64,000 nt of DNA from Mustelus asterias (taxonomy: Eukaryota), in NCBI RefSeq assembly GCF_964213995.1, contig NW_027590192.1, forward strand, positions 124,001 to 188,000. The letters run 5' to 3'. The position numbers and the translations under genes were made by a program. Positions 11,406 through 24,188 of this stretch are shown here, piece by piece (within the stretch, counting starts at the first letter, position 1; every line of letters starts with the position of its first letter). The notes beneath the pieces are model-generated. The model did not search any database and had not been told where the DNA came from. It saw only the letters and a list, made by a program, of their open reading frames with translations.

Positions 11406-12396
11406 GGCCAACATCTGTGGGTAAAACACTTTCTTTTCTCCCCCTTTCCATTTCTTTTCTCATTCTGGGGAAAATTGGGGACTTGCAGCAACTGAAGGGA
11501 AATGAAGTGAATCCAGTCGGTATTTTCCACACATTGTTAGTCCAGTCAGATAGACATATATCTGTCTGGCAGCCTGCATGGAGATTTCCAGCTCTCTCTG
11601 TCCAGGACAGGAAGCAGTGAGCATGGATCTATCAATCAGCACCTACAGGAGAATTGGGAGGGTGAATATTAGATACAGCAGAGTGAGAATCGAGGGAGAG
11701 TGTGTGGGATGGAGATTTACAGCTCTTGCGTTGTAATATGATGCTGTAGCGATGTTATACATTTCCAGTCATAAAGTCATTACAGCACAGAAGGAATCCA
11801 TTCGGTAACTCGAGTCCATGCTGACTCTCTGTATAACATTCCAGTCCCATTACCACTCAATATCCCATTCTCCTGTAAGTTTATTTCCTTCAAGTGCCCA
11901 TCCACTTTCATTTTTAAATAGAATCCATAGATATGGATGGAGATTTACAGCTTTTTGGGACTGGGAGATGAAAGAATCTTCCATAGAAACTAGAATTGTC
12001 TGTTCTGAATTTCTATCCTGTACTGACACTGATGACTTTTGTAAACTCATTTTACAGGATATTTAAAGAGGAATCACAGACTGAAAACTCAAACGTCACG
12101 TCTCGATCTGACAGAGTCATACTCCTTGGGAGCTGAATATCATCGGACTTTGAATCCAGAAGGAGAAATGATTGTCCGGTCTGTCGATTTGAAATGTCAG
12201 TGTGACTGGAAAAGCATCAACACACTGTCACACTCGAGTGAGTGTGTTCCAATGCACTGACTAAAGAGCTTTAACCAGTTACACAGTCTGAATAAATATC
12301 ACACCATTCACAGCGGGGAGAGACTGTACCTGTGTTGTGTGTGGACGAGGCTTCAACTGATTGGCCACCCAAGAGAGAGGCAAGGACACCTGCACC

Positions 12397-13236
<840 letters not shown>

Positions 13237-14280
13237 TTCCAGGGGTTGGATTCTGCTGTCATTGTTTCTGCTCTCAATTCCATCCAGAACTGCATTTTGT
13301 TCATTCTCACAGTTGGTCAATGGGGAGGGTCGGAGGGTTTCTTTCTGCTGGACTGGTCGGTCTCATGGCTTTGCCTCCAGTGGGCTGATGCTCTTTGAGT
13401 CTTGTTGCGAATACCTGGTTTCAAATTTCACAAGGATCACGGAGTGACTGGGTGTTAGGAAGTTAAGAGATAGTCACTATTTCTGTTTGAAACCCCCCAA
13501 TGCCCATCCAATTTCCTTTGTAATTGTTTATTGTCTCCACTTCCTCCACCCTCGTAGGCAGCGAGTTCCAGGTCATTATCATTCACTGCATCAAAATATT
13601 CTTCCTCACATCCCCCCACTGCATCTCTGATCCAAAACCTTAAATCTGTGTCCCCCTCGTCCTTGTTCCATCAGCGAATGGGAACAGCTTTTCTTTGTCC
13701 ACCTTATCTAAACCTGTCAGAATCTTGTCCACCTCTATCAAATCTCCCCTCAACCTCCTTGCTCCAAGGGGAACAACCCCAGCCTGACATTGACAATAAA
13801 GAACAAACTAACAGCATATGTTAATACCTGAAATCAAATGGGAATGTTTAATTTCTGTTTTAAAATTATTGTGAATATATTGTCCTGGAGAACAAAGAAA
13901 TTGGAATAGCTCACTGTGGGTGAGGTTGAATGGAATATATCAATGTGGAATCCTGGTTCATTCCAGTGAAAGTCTGGAATGTGTCGATGGGATGAATAAG
14001 TTGATCACTTTCTCTGGGAGATATTTACATCCTTGTCCATTGTTCGAGGGGGTTCAGGACAACCTGGGACTAAAAGACTAATATATCAGAATAGGTTAAT
14101 TTAGAGTGAATATATTCAAGAAGAATCACAAAGTACCTGGAGTTACAAATGTACTGTTTGCATAGAAATACATATAACCATTGTTAGTGAATTTAAACAT
14201 GTATTTTTGATAACATATATTCTGTATTAAAATCATACACCTTGGCTAATGACACTCTAAGGCATGATGGTATATAGCTA

Positions 14281-14709
14281 TGTAAGAAGAACCACATTCT
14301 TTGAAAACAATACAGCTACTGAGTTAAGCAAAAAAAAACTCTTATCAGTGTTGGCTCCAGACAGTACAAGCTTCCCAGACAATTGAATGAATAAGAGCAT
14401 ACCGTTTCCCGATAAAGAATTGCTCGGACACAGTGGAAAAGCACTTTTGAATTTATGGACCTTTGTATTCTCATGCTGCCAGAGAGTGACATGTTATTGG
14501 CCAAGGTAAATCTAGACGAATAATGATTGGCTGATGTCTGGCTGGGTGAGCAAAGTGGGTGGGGAAATGATTTTTGAAAGTTGTATAATTGTAATATTGG
14601 AAGCAATGGAATTTAGAATAGTTTGGCTGCCCCAAATTATTCTCTGACGCCCCTGGACCAGGCCTGGGCAATAAAGCACGTATTCAACAGAATTACTGTC
14701 TCTGTGAGG
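14281..14709 (+). mobile_element. Possible solo-LTR-like sequence, interrupted by the CR1 (may continue at ~18823-18875)
   Basis: TG start, ATTGG boxes, TATA-like tgtataatt and AATAAA at ~14670; no partner LTR or clear target-site duplication. Confidence 0.3.
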
Positions 14710-17700
14710 GCTTTGGCTCACAGGGCTTCGGCGAAGGCGAGGAAGGTTGTTTGTTTTTCTTCTGTTACACCCCCTTTTTTGTTTTATCTCCCAAAAACTA
14801 AAAAGGACATGGCTGGTATGAGTGGGAGGCCAGTATACTGCATTCGGTGTGGGATGTGGGAGTTCCTGGAGACAACTTGCCTCCCGGAAGTCCATATCTG
14901 TGCCAGATGCGTGGAACTGCAACTCCTGAAGGATCGTGTAAGGGAGCTGGAGCTGAGGCTCGATGAACTCAGTTTAGTTAGGGCAAATGAGAGATTAATA
15001 GATAAAAGTTATAGTCAGGTAGTGACACCAGGGTCTCGGAAGGAAGACACGTGGGTCACAGTTAGGAGGGGTAATAGAAGGGTGATGTGCCAGAAAGTAC
15101 CCCAGTGGCAGTCTCCCATAAAAGAAAGGGATGGCAACAGATGGGAGAAGGGAAGGGTGTGAGCAGTCTGTGGAGGGATCCCCTGTGGTTGTCCCCCTCC
15201 AAAATAGGTATATTGTTTTGGATTCTGTGGAGGGGGATGACCCTCCAGGGGTAAGCCACGAGGACCAGATCGCCTCCACGGAGACAGGCTCAAGGGAGGG
15301 AAGGAAGCGATTTAGGAGAGCGATAGTTGTGGGGGACGCAATGGTTAGAGGCACGGACAGGCGGTTCTGTGGGAGTGAACGAGAATCCAGGATGGTAGTC
15401 TGCCTCCCTGGTGCCGGGGTACTGGATGTCTCCGAGAGGGTAGGAAGCATATTTTAAAAGGAAGGTAGTCAAACGGATGTGATTATACACATTGGTGAAA
15501 ATGATGTCGGTAGGAAGAGCAGGGGGGTCATACGAGAGAAATTCAGGGAGTTGGGTGCTAGGCTAAAAAGTAAGGCCTCCAGGGTAGCAATCTCTGAACT
15601 GCTCCCGGTGTCTAGTGCAAGTGAGGCTCGGAACAGGGAGATTGTACAGTTGAACGCGTGGCTAAAGGACTGGTGCAAGAGGGAGGGTTTTTAATTCATA
15701 GATAACTGGGAAATCTTCAAGTCAGGATGGCAACTGTACAGAAAGGATGGGTTACACCTTAACTGGAAGGGAGCAAATATCCTGGCTGGGAGTTTTGCGA
15801 GAGTGTTTCGGCAGGATTTAAACTAGTGTGGCAGCGGGGTGGGGAACAAAACAGTAGGTTAGTAAATACTGAGGCTGGGGTTGAGCTGGGGGCCAGGGCA
15901 AGGCTAGCTAAGAAGAGGAGCACTCTGGAGGAGGATGACCTGAGTGGGCCTGGAGGTCTGGAGTGCATCTGCTTCAATGCAAGGAGCGTAACGGGTAAAA
16001 CAGACGAACTTAGGGCCTTAATGCTTATGCGGAATTTGGATGTGGTTGCGGTGACGGAAACTTGGTTAAAAGAAGGACAGGACTGGCAGCTGAATATTCC
16101 AGGGTATAAGTGTTTTAGGCGAGACAGAGGAGGGGCTAAAAAAGGTGGGGGAGTAGCGATATTAGTTAAGGAGCATGTTACCGCGGTGCAGAGGGTAGAC
16201 AACTTGGAGGGGTCATGTACTGAGTCGCTGTGGGTGGAACTCAGAAACAGGAAGAGTGCAGTCACTATGCTGGGGGTGTACTACAGACCACCTCTCGGCC
16301 CACGGGAAGTGGAGGAAAGGATATGTCAGGAGATTCTGGATAGGTGCAGAAAAAATAGGGTTGTTGTAGTGGGGGACTTTAATTTCCCTGGCACAGACTG
16401 GAAAGTGCTTAGAGCTGGGGGTCCGGACGGGGAGGAATTTGTAAAATGCGTACTGGAAGGTTCTTTGGAACAGTATGTAGATAGCCCGACTGGAGAGGGG
16501 GCTATACTGGACCTAGTTCTGGGAAATGAGCCAGGTCAGGTTGTCAAAGTTTCGGTAGGGGAACATGTGGCAAATAGTGACCACAACTCTGTTAACTTTA
16601 GGATAGTAATGGACAAGGATGAGTGCTGTCCTACGGGCAGGGTGCTAAATTGGGGGAAGGCTAACTATAGCCGGATTAGGCAGGAATTGGTGGATGTTGA
16701 TTGGGAGAGGATGTTCAAGGGTAAGTCCGCGTCTGGCATGTGGGAGTCTTTTAAGGAACTATTGATAAGACTGCAGGATAGGCATATGCCTGTAAAAAGG
16801 AAAGATAGGAAAGGTAGGATTCGAGAGCCGTGGACAACCAGGGAAATTGAGGATCTGATTAAAATGAAAAGGGAGGCGTACGTTAAGTCCAGGCAACTGA
16901 AAACAGATGGAGCTCTGGAGGAATACAGAGAGAGTAGGAAAGAACTCAAACGGGGAGTTAGAAGGGCAAAAAGAGGTCACGAGATGTTCTTGGCAGGCAT
17001 GATTAAGGAGAATCCTAAGGCATTCTATTCATACGTTAGGAACAAAAGAGTTGTCAGGGAGAAAATCGGACCTCTCAGGGACAAAGGAGGGGAATTATGC
17101 TTAGAACCCAAGGGAATAGGGGAGATCCTAAATGAATACTTTGCATCGGTATTCACGAAGGAAAGGGGCGTGTTAACCGGGAGTGTCTCAGAGGGAGGTG
17201 TTGACCCGTTAGAGAAAATCTCCATTACAAGAGAGGAAGTGTTAGGTTTTTTAGGGAACATTAAAACTGACAAAGCCCCAGGGCCTGATGGCATCTATCC
17301 TCGACTGCTCAGGGAGACGAGAGATGAAATTGCTGGGCCTCTGACGGAAATCTTTGTCGCTTCTTTGGACACGGGTGAGGTCCCTGAGGATTGGAGGATA
17401 GTGAATGTGGTCCCGTTGTTTAAGAAGGGTAGCAGGGATAACCCAGGAAATTATAGGCCGGTGAGCTTGACGTCCGTGGTAGGGAAGTTGTTGGAGAGGA
17501 TTCTTAGAGACAGGATGTATGTGGATTTAGAACGGAACAATCTCATTAGTGACAGACAGCATGGTTTTGTAAGAGGGAGGTCGTGCCTTACAAATTTGGT
17601 GGAATTTTTTGAGGAAGTGACAAAAACGGTTGATGAAGGAAGGGCCGTGGATGTCGTCTATATGGATTTCAGGAAGGCATTTGACAAAGTCCCACATGGC

Positions 17701-18822
17701 AGGTTGGTTAAGAAGGTTAAGGCTCATGGGATACAAGGAGAAGTGGCTAGATGGGTGGAGAACTGGCTTGGCCATAGGAGACAGAGGGTAGTGGTCGAAG
17801 GGTCTTTTTCCGGCTGGAGGTCTGTGACCAGTGGTGTTCCACAGGGCTCTGTACTGGGACCTCTGCTATTTGTGATATATATAAATGATTTGGAAGAAGG
17901 TGTAACTGGTGTAATCAGCAAGTTTGCGGATGACACGAAGATGGCTGGACTTGCGGATAGCGAAGAGCATTGTCGGGCAATACAGCAGGATATAGATAGG
18001 CTGGAAAATTGGGCGGACAGGTGGCAGATGGAGTTTAATCCGGATAAATGCGAAGTGATGCATTTTGGAAGAAATAATGTAGGGAGGAGTTATACAATAA
18101 ATGGCAGAGTCATCAGGAGTATAGAAACACAGAGGGACCTAGGTGTGCAAGTCCACAAATCCTTGAAGGTGGCAACACAGGTGGAGAAGGTGGTGAAGAA
18201 GGCATATGGTATGCTTGCCTTTATAGGACGAGGTATAGAGTATAAAAGCTGGAGTCTGATGATGCAGCTGTATAGAACGCTGGTTAGGCCACATTTGGAG
18301 TACTGCGTCCAGTTCTGGTCGCCGCACTACCAGAAGGACGTGGAGGCGTTAGAGAGAGTGCAGAGAAGGTTTACCAGGATATTGCCTGGTATGGAGGGTC
18401 TTAGCTATGAGGAGAGATTGGGTAAACTGGGGTTGTTCTCCCTTGAAAGACGTAGAATGAGGGGAGATCTAATAGAGGTGTACAAGATTATGAAGGGGAT
18501 AGATAGGGTGAATGGTGGGAAGCTTTTTCCCAGATCAGAAGTGACGTTCACGAGGGGTCACGGGCTCAAGGTGAGAGGGGCGAAGTATAACTCAGATATT
18601 AGTGGGATGTTTTTTACACAGAGGGTGGTGGGGGCCTGGAATGCTCTGCCAAGTAGGGTGGTGGAGGCAGGCACACTGACATCGTTTAAGACTTACCTGG
18701 ATAGTCACATGAGCAGCCTGGGAATGGAGGGATACAAACGATTGGTCTTGTTGGACCAAGGAGTGGCACAGGCTTGGAGGGCCGAAGGGCCTGTTTCCTG
18801 TGCTGTACTGTTCTTTGTTCTT
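14710..18822 (+). mobile_element. Full-length young CR1 LINE
   Basis: 5'UTR, ORF1, ORF2 and (ttctttg)n tail; candidate target-site duplication tgtgagg at 14703-14709 and 18823-18829. Confidence 0.96.
14809..15826 (+). pseudogene. CR1 ORF1 (Cys-pair zinc knuckle, coiled coil, SGNH/GDSL esterase), disrupted
   Basis: CIRC..CARC, LELRLDEL, then VGDAMVRG, CLPGA, HIGENDV and DGLHLN; broken into several ORFs at ~15160, ~15455 and ~15692. Confidence 0.88.
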
Positions 18823-18840
18823 TGTGAGGTCTTTGTATGA
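15826..18840 (+). CDS. CR1 ORF2: APE endonuclease plus reverse transcriptase, open for 1004 codons
   Basis: CFNARS, VTETWL, GGGVA, YRPP, GDFN, SDH, GVPQGSVLGP, FADD; no ATG before the endonuclease; native TAG reads TTG at ~18748. Confidence 0.95.
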   Translation: MWQRGGEQNSRLVNTEAGVELGARARLAKKRSTLEEDDLSGPGGLECICFNARSVTGKTDELRALMLMRNLDVVAVTETWLKEGQDWQLNIPGYKCFRRDRGGAKKGGGVAILVKEHVTAVQRVDNLEGSCTESLWVELRNRKSAVTMLGVYYRPPLGPREVEERICQEILDRCRKNRVVVVGDFNFPGTDWKVLRAGGPDGEEFVKCVLEGSLEQYVDSPTGEGAILDLVLGNEPGQVVKVSVGEHVANSDHNSVNFRIVMDKDECCPTGRVLNWGKANYSRIRQELVDVDWERMFKGKSASGMWESFKELLIRLQDRHMPVKRKDRKGRIREPWTTREIEDLIKMKREAYVKSRQLKTDGALEEYRESRKELKRGVRRAKRGHEMFLAGMIKENPKAFYSYVRNKRVVREKIGPLRDKGGELCLEPKGIGEILNEYFASVFTKERGVLTGSVSEGGVDPLEKISITREEVLGFLGNIKTDKAPGPDGIYPRLLRETRDEIAGPLTEIFVASLDTGEVPEDWRIVNVVPLFKKGSRDNPGNYRPVSLTSVVGKLLERILRDRMYVDLERNNLISDRQHGFVRGRSCLTNLVEFFEEVTKTVDEGRAVDVVYMDFRKAFDKVPHGRLVKKVKAHGIQGEVARWVENWLGHRRQRVVVEGSFSGWRSVTSGVPQGSVLGPLLFVIYINDLEEGVTGVISKFADDTKMAGLADSEEHCRAIQQDIDRLENWADRWQMEFNPDKCEVMHFGRNNVGRSYTINGRVIRSIETQRDLGVQVHKSLKVATQVEKVVKKAYGMLAFIGRGIEYKSWSLMMQLYRTLVRPHLEYCVQFWSPHYQKDVEALERVQRRFTRILPGMEGLSYEERLGKLGLFSLERRRMRGDLIEVYKIMKGIDRVNGGKLFPRSEVTFTRGHGLKVRGAKYNSDISGMFFTQRVVGAWNALPSRVVEAGTLTSFKTYLDSHMSSLGMEGYKRLVLLDQGVAQAWRAEGPVSCAVLFFVLCEVFV

Positions 18841-19589
18841 GCTGAGTTGTAAATCAGTGGAAAGCCAGCATAATACTTGGTCTCTGAAACGTTTCTACAT
18901 CCATGAACTTTGTTTTAAAGAAATCCACATTTGAAAGCCCGGCCACGACATGAAATATCAGACCATAACAAGGGGAGATAAGAAAGACAGACACTCACTT
19001 TGATCTTTTCATCAGCAATCTGAGAGTTAAGAATGTGTGACATGATTTTGGGACACCGGAGTGAGTGTACAGATGTGATTTGTTACATGTGAAAAATAGC
19101 AATCCTAAATTCATGGTGAGATGGAGTGAAGAGCGGGTCCCAAACACACACAGCTACTTGAGACACAGCAGGAGATGAAATGGTTAATGTGGCCAGGGGA
19201 TTGAGACAACATTGTGACATCATCAAGGCATTGACACACACTCCAGAGAAACTGAGTTCAAAACAATCAGGATCCAATTAAACACAATGCACATGCTCAC
19301 AAAGTGAGGAAAATTACAGTAAAATGGATCATATAATGGTTTGGGACAATTAAGGGCTTGGGAGAAATAATACTGAGTAAGAACTGTCCACAAGTTGGAT
19401 AGGGGTAAAGAGCGCTGGAGAATCTTTTACATCTTTTATGGACTAGTAACCCAGAACTGACAGCGCTCCTTCAGGAGTAGGAAAGGTCGAGTAGATGTGA
19501 CCCCAGGCGGGACAGGAACAGAACTGGAAAATAACGGAGTGGAATTGAAATTGTCTAAATGACTGAACTAACAATGTGTGGAATGTACA

Positions 19590-20061
19590 GACTGGGGAAC
19601 AATGGGTGGGGGCGGGGCTCCCGGGTCCGCGCGCCTGAACCCGGAGACGTCACCGCGGAGCAGAGTGATTGCTATTGGGTGATTGAGGCAGGGCTCCATT
19701 GTGCCGTCACAATGACTCAGAGGGGCGTTCCCAGCACACAGTGTCCCATTGGCAGCAATATCACTGGTTACAGAAGCCGCACACTGCGGATTGGACACCA
19801 GCTCAGCGCGGCTGGCGGTCAGAGCCCCGCCCACCCCCACGCGGGCTCGGGTTCCGCCCCCTCATTGTCCACATGCGGCATATTGACCAATGGTTGCCAG
19901 GAGGACCGGATGGGCGATGGTCCTCCAGCCAATCAGAGTCCGGGCCTTGTGTCAATGGCCGCGCGGAGCTTCGTCCATTGTTGCTGCTGCTCCTCTCCCT
20001 CTGAATGAAGATTAAGCTTCAGACAGACTCAACCTTCCTCCTGTCTCCTACATCTGTGAGT
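19590..20061 (+). promoter_or_regulatory. CpG island, promoter and non-coding first exon of Z4
   Basis: GC boxes, several CCAAT/ATTGG sites; donor acatct|GTGAGT at 20056, homologous to acatct|GTGGGT at 11417 in Z3. Confidence 0.65.
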
Positions 20062-20297
20062 AAAACACTTTCTTTTCTCCCCCTTTTCATTTCTTTTCTC
20101 ATTTTGCACTTCAATTTTTAACTTCTGGGTCATCACTCGCTGCCTCAGTAAAGATTCTCCTCACATTCTTTATGTATCTGTAACCAGGTAATAAAGTGTA
20201 TTACACACACCATCAGTCTGCTCATTTATATCCAAATGTAAAACTGTAACGTGACTGTCAGCTTGAAGATTTTCAGCTCTCTGTGCCCACAACAGGA

Positions 20298-23006
20298 AGA
20301 AGTCTCACAACACCAGATTTGGAGATCCAACAGGTTTATTTGGTAGCACAAAGCCATCGTCACAATGCCACATTTGGTAGAACAGGAAACTTGAGAAACT
20401 CGGCATCACCACCAGCAGCAATCAAGCCTCCCCCGGTACCACAGTAGAAAACAGTACCACTGCAGGGAAGTCCATTGTCAACTTGTTGGACACACTTCAA
20501 CCAGATGAAATCGAAGTTCTCAATTTCTGCCCCACCACCAAAATAGACCCCATCAGTCTCGCAGCAGACACAGAGGAATTCATCAGGCGAATGAGGCTGC
20601 GGGAGTTCTTCCACAAACCCCAAGAGTCCAACAGCGAACATAATGAGATAGTCAATGAACTGGAACAGCCGATAGAGAGATCCACGGTACAGCAACCGAA
20701 GAGGAAAGAGTCGAATTGGACTCCTCCGGAAGGCCGCTGCCCTCGACTTGACATGTATGCCCAAGCCGTCAGGAGGTGCGTCAATGCCAGATTCATCAGT
20801 CGCACTCACAAGACAGCCCCGAACATCACCCAAGCACAACACAACGCCATCTGCGCTCTTAAGATCAAGCGCACCATTGTCATCAAACCAGCAGACAAAG
20901 GAGGGGCAATCATCACGCTGAACAGAACGAATTACTGCAAAGTGTCCTGACAACTGAACAATGAGGAAAACTACAGACAGTTACCTGCAGATCCGACCAA
21001 AGAACACACCTGTCAACTCAACAGACAGATCAAGACATTTGATCCGGACCTTCAGAGCACCCTCCGTGCTCTCATCCCACGTACTCCCCGCATTGGAGAT
21101 CTCTACTACCTCCCGAAGATACACAAGGCAAACACACCTGGCCGTCCCATCGTATCGGGCAATGGGACCCTGTGCGAGAAACTCTCCGGCTACGTCGAGG
21201 GCATCCTGAAACCCATTGTACAAAGAACCCCAGCTTCTGTCGTGACACTACGGACTTCCTTCAGAAACAGCACACATGGAGCAGTTGAACCAGCAGCACT
21301 CCTCATCACAATGGATGTCTCGACACTCTACACCAGCATCCCCTACGACGATGGCATTGGTGCAACTGCCTCAGTACTCAACGCCAACAACTGCCAATCT
21401 CCAGATGCAATTTTACAATCATCCACTTCATCCTGACCACAATGTCTTCACCTTCAACAACCAGTTCTTCATCCAGACACACGGAATAGCCTTGGGGACC
21501 AAATTCACACCTCAATATGCCAACATCTTCATGCACAGGTTCGAACAAGACCTCTTCACCGCACAGAACCTTCAGTCGAAGCTGTACACTAGATACATCG
21601 ATGACATGTTCTTCCTTTGGACTCATGGTGAACAATCACTGAAACAACGATATGATGACATCAACAAGTTCCATCCCACCATCAGACTCACCATGGACTA
21701 CTCTCCGGAATCGGTTGCATTCTTGGGCACACACATTTTCATCAAGGACGGTCACCTCAGCACTTCACTGTACCGCAAGCCCACGGATAATCTCACGATG
21801 CTCCACTTCTCCAGCTTCCACACTAAACACGTTAAAGAAGCCATCCCCTACGGACAAGCCCTCCGTATACACAGGATCTGCTCAGATGAGGAGGATCGCA
21901 ACAGACACCTCCAGACGCTGAAAGATGCCCTCATAAGAACAGGATATGGCGCTCGACTCATCGATCGACAGTTCCGATGCGCCACGGCGAAAAACTGACC
22001 TCCTCAGAAGACAAACACTGGACAGGAGGACAGAGTACCCTTTGTCGTCCAGTACTTCCCTGGAGCGAAGAAGCTACGACATCTTCTCCGGAGCCTTCAA
22101 CATGTCATTGATGAAGACCAACATCTCGCCAAGGCCATCCCCACACCCCCACTACTTGCCTTCAAACAACCACACAACCTCAAAAAGACTATTGTCTGCA
22201 ACAAACTACCCAGCCTTCAGGAGAACAGTGACCACGGCACCACACAACCCTGCAACAGCAACCTCTGCAAGACGTGCCGAATCATCGACACAGATGCTAT
22301 CATCTCACGTGAGAACACCATCCACCAGGTACACGGTACATACACTTGCAACTCAGCCAACGTTGTCTACCTGATACGCTGCAGGAAAGGATGTCCCGAG
22401 GCATGATACATTGGGGAGACCATGCAGACGCTATGACAGCGGATGAATGAACACCGCTCAACAATCACCAGACAAGAGTGTTCTTTTCCTGTTGGGGAAC
22501 ACTTCAGCGGTCACGGGCATTCTGCTTCTGATCTTCGGGTAAGCGTTCTCCAAGGCAGCCTTCACGACACACGACAGCGCAGAGTTGCTGAGCAGAAACT
22601 GATAGCCAAGTTCTTCACACATGAGAACGGCCTCAACTTGGATCTTGGGTTCGTGTCATGCTATTTGTAACCCCACGACTTGCCTTGGCTTGCAAAATCT
22701 CACTAACTGTCCTGGCTGGAGACAATACACATCTCTTTAACCTGTGCTTCACCCTCTCTCCACTCACATTGTCTGTACCTTTCAGACTTGATTACCTGTA
22801 AAAACTCGCATTCCAACCATTATTTTGTAAATTGAGTTTGTGTCTTTATATGCCCTGTTTGTGAACTGAAATCCCACTCACCTGATGAAGGGGCAGCGCT
22901 CCGAAAGCTAATGGCTTGTGCTGCCAGATAAACCTGTTGGACTTTAACCTGGTGTTGTGAGACTTCTTCCTGTGTTTACCCGAGTCCAACGCCGGCATCT
23001 CCACAT
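20298..23006 (+). mobile_element. Penelope-like retroelement (RT plus GIY-YIG), decayed, with 5' inverted pLTR fragment and 3' pLTR
   Basis: IKPADKGG, GRPIVS, MDVSTLYTSIP, YANIFM, RYIDD, LYRKPT, then NVVYLIRC..YIGET..RMNEH..VGEHF; inverted end 20298-20357; flanks ccacaacaggaag and ccaggacaggaag. Confidence 0.95.
22876..22920 (+). ncRNA. Minimal type-I hammerhead ribozyme motif in the Penelope pLTR
   Basis: cac-CTGATGA-a-ggggc(agc)gctcc-GAAA-gc..gcTT-gtg; helices I, II and III can pair. Confidence 0.75.
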
Positions 23007-24188
23007 CCAGGACAGGAAGCAGTGAGCATGGATCTGTCAATCAGCCTGAATAGTATATATATTATATATTTCCAGTTATTCATCTCTTGCTTATTAGAAT
23101 CATTAGTCTTTGGATTTTTCTTCCACAGGGATCAGTGGAAGCTGAGGGTTATTGAAGATATTCGAGGATGAGTTAGATGGATATTACATTGATAAAGGAG
23201 TCAAGCGTCATGGAGAACAAGTGGGAAAATGGAGTGAAAGTTAAGATGAGGAGGGATTTCCTCACTCAAGGATGTGGTGTAGTTTTTGAATTCTGCGCTC
23301 CAGAGGACTGTGGAGCCTCAGTCATCAAATATTTTCAAGAGAGAGATTGGTAACTTTTGAGGCATTGAGCAACATGGGGGATAGAACATAGAAAAGCTAC
23401 AGCACAAACAGGCCCTTTGGCTCACAAGTTGCGCCGAACATGTCCCTACCTACGAGGCTTACCTATAACCCTCTATCTTACTAACTTCCATGATAGTTTG
23501 GGAAATAGTGGCGCTATGGAAATAGTGTGAGGTCGATCAGCCAATTCTCAATGAATGGTTGAGGCAGTTCAATGGGCTGAATGGCCAACTGCAGCTCCTG
23601 TTTCTTATGATTTATGTGTGGTGGACAGGAAGCAGTGAGCATGGATCTGTCAATCAGCCTCAATCAGCACCTTCAGGAGAATTGGGAGGGTGAATATTAG
23701 ATACAGCAGAGTGAGAATGGAGGGAGAGTGTGTGGGGTGGAGATTCACAGCTTTGGGGAATGAGAAAGGAAAGAATGTTCCATAGAAACTAGAATTGTCT
23801 GTTCTGAATTTCTACTTCTATTTCTAACTCATTTTACAGGATATTGAAAGAAGAATCACAGGCGGAAATCTCAAACGTCACGTCGAGATCTGACAGTCAT
23901 ATTCCTTGGGAGCTGAATATCATCGTCCTTTGAATCTAGAGGGAGAAATGATTGTCCAGTCTGTTGATTTGAAAAAAAATTCAAACTTCAGTGTGACTGG
24001 AAAAGCAGCAACACACTGCCACACTCGAGTGAGTGTGTCCAATGCACTGACTAAAGAGCTTTAACTAGTTACACAGCCTGAATAAATATCACACCATTCA
24101 CAGTGAGGAAAGACTGTACCAGTGTCCTGTGTGTGGACAAGGCTTCAACTCATTGTCCACCCAAGAGAGAGGTAAGGACACCTGTACC

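Noticed and set aside
11604-12060. KRAB-A or KRAB-B exon upstream of the arrays
   Set aside because: No VTFxDV or MLENY-type motif seen; the mini-exon frame stops on entering the array exon.
12358-12360. Conserved in-frame TGA as a selenocysteine codon
   Set aside because: Paralogues have TAA or TCA, the position is not a Cys ligand, upstream frames contain other lesions, and no SECIS was recognised.
17920-17940. FADD instead of YADD in the reverse transcriptase
   Set aside because: Normal for vertebrate CR1 and shared by other copies in this window.
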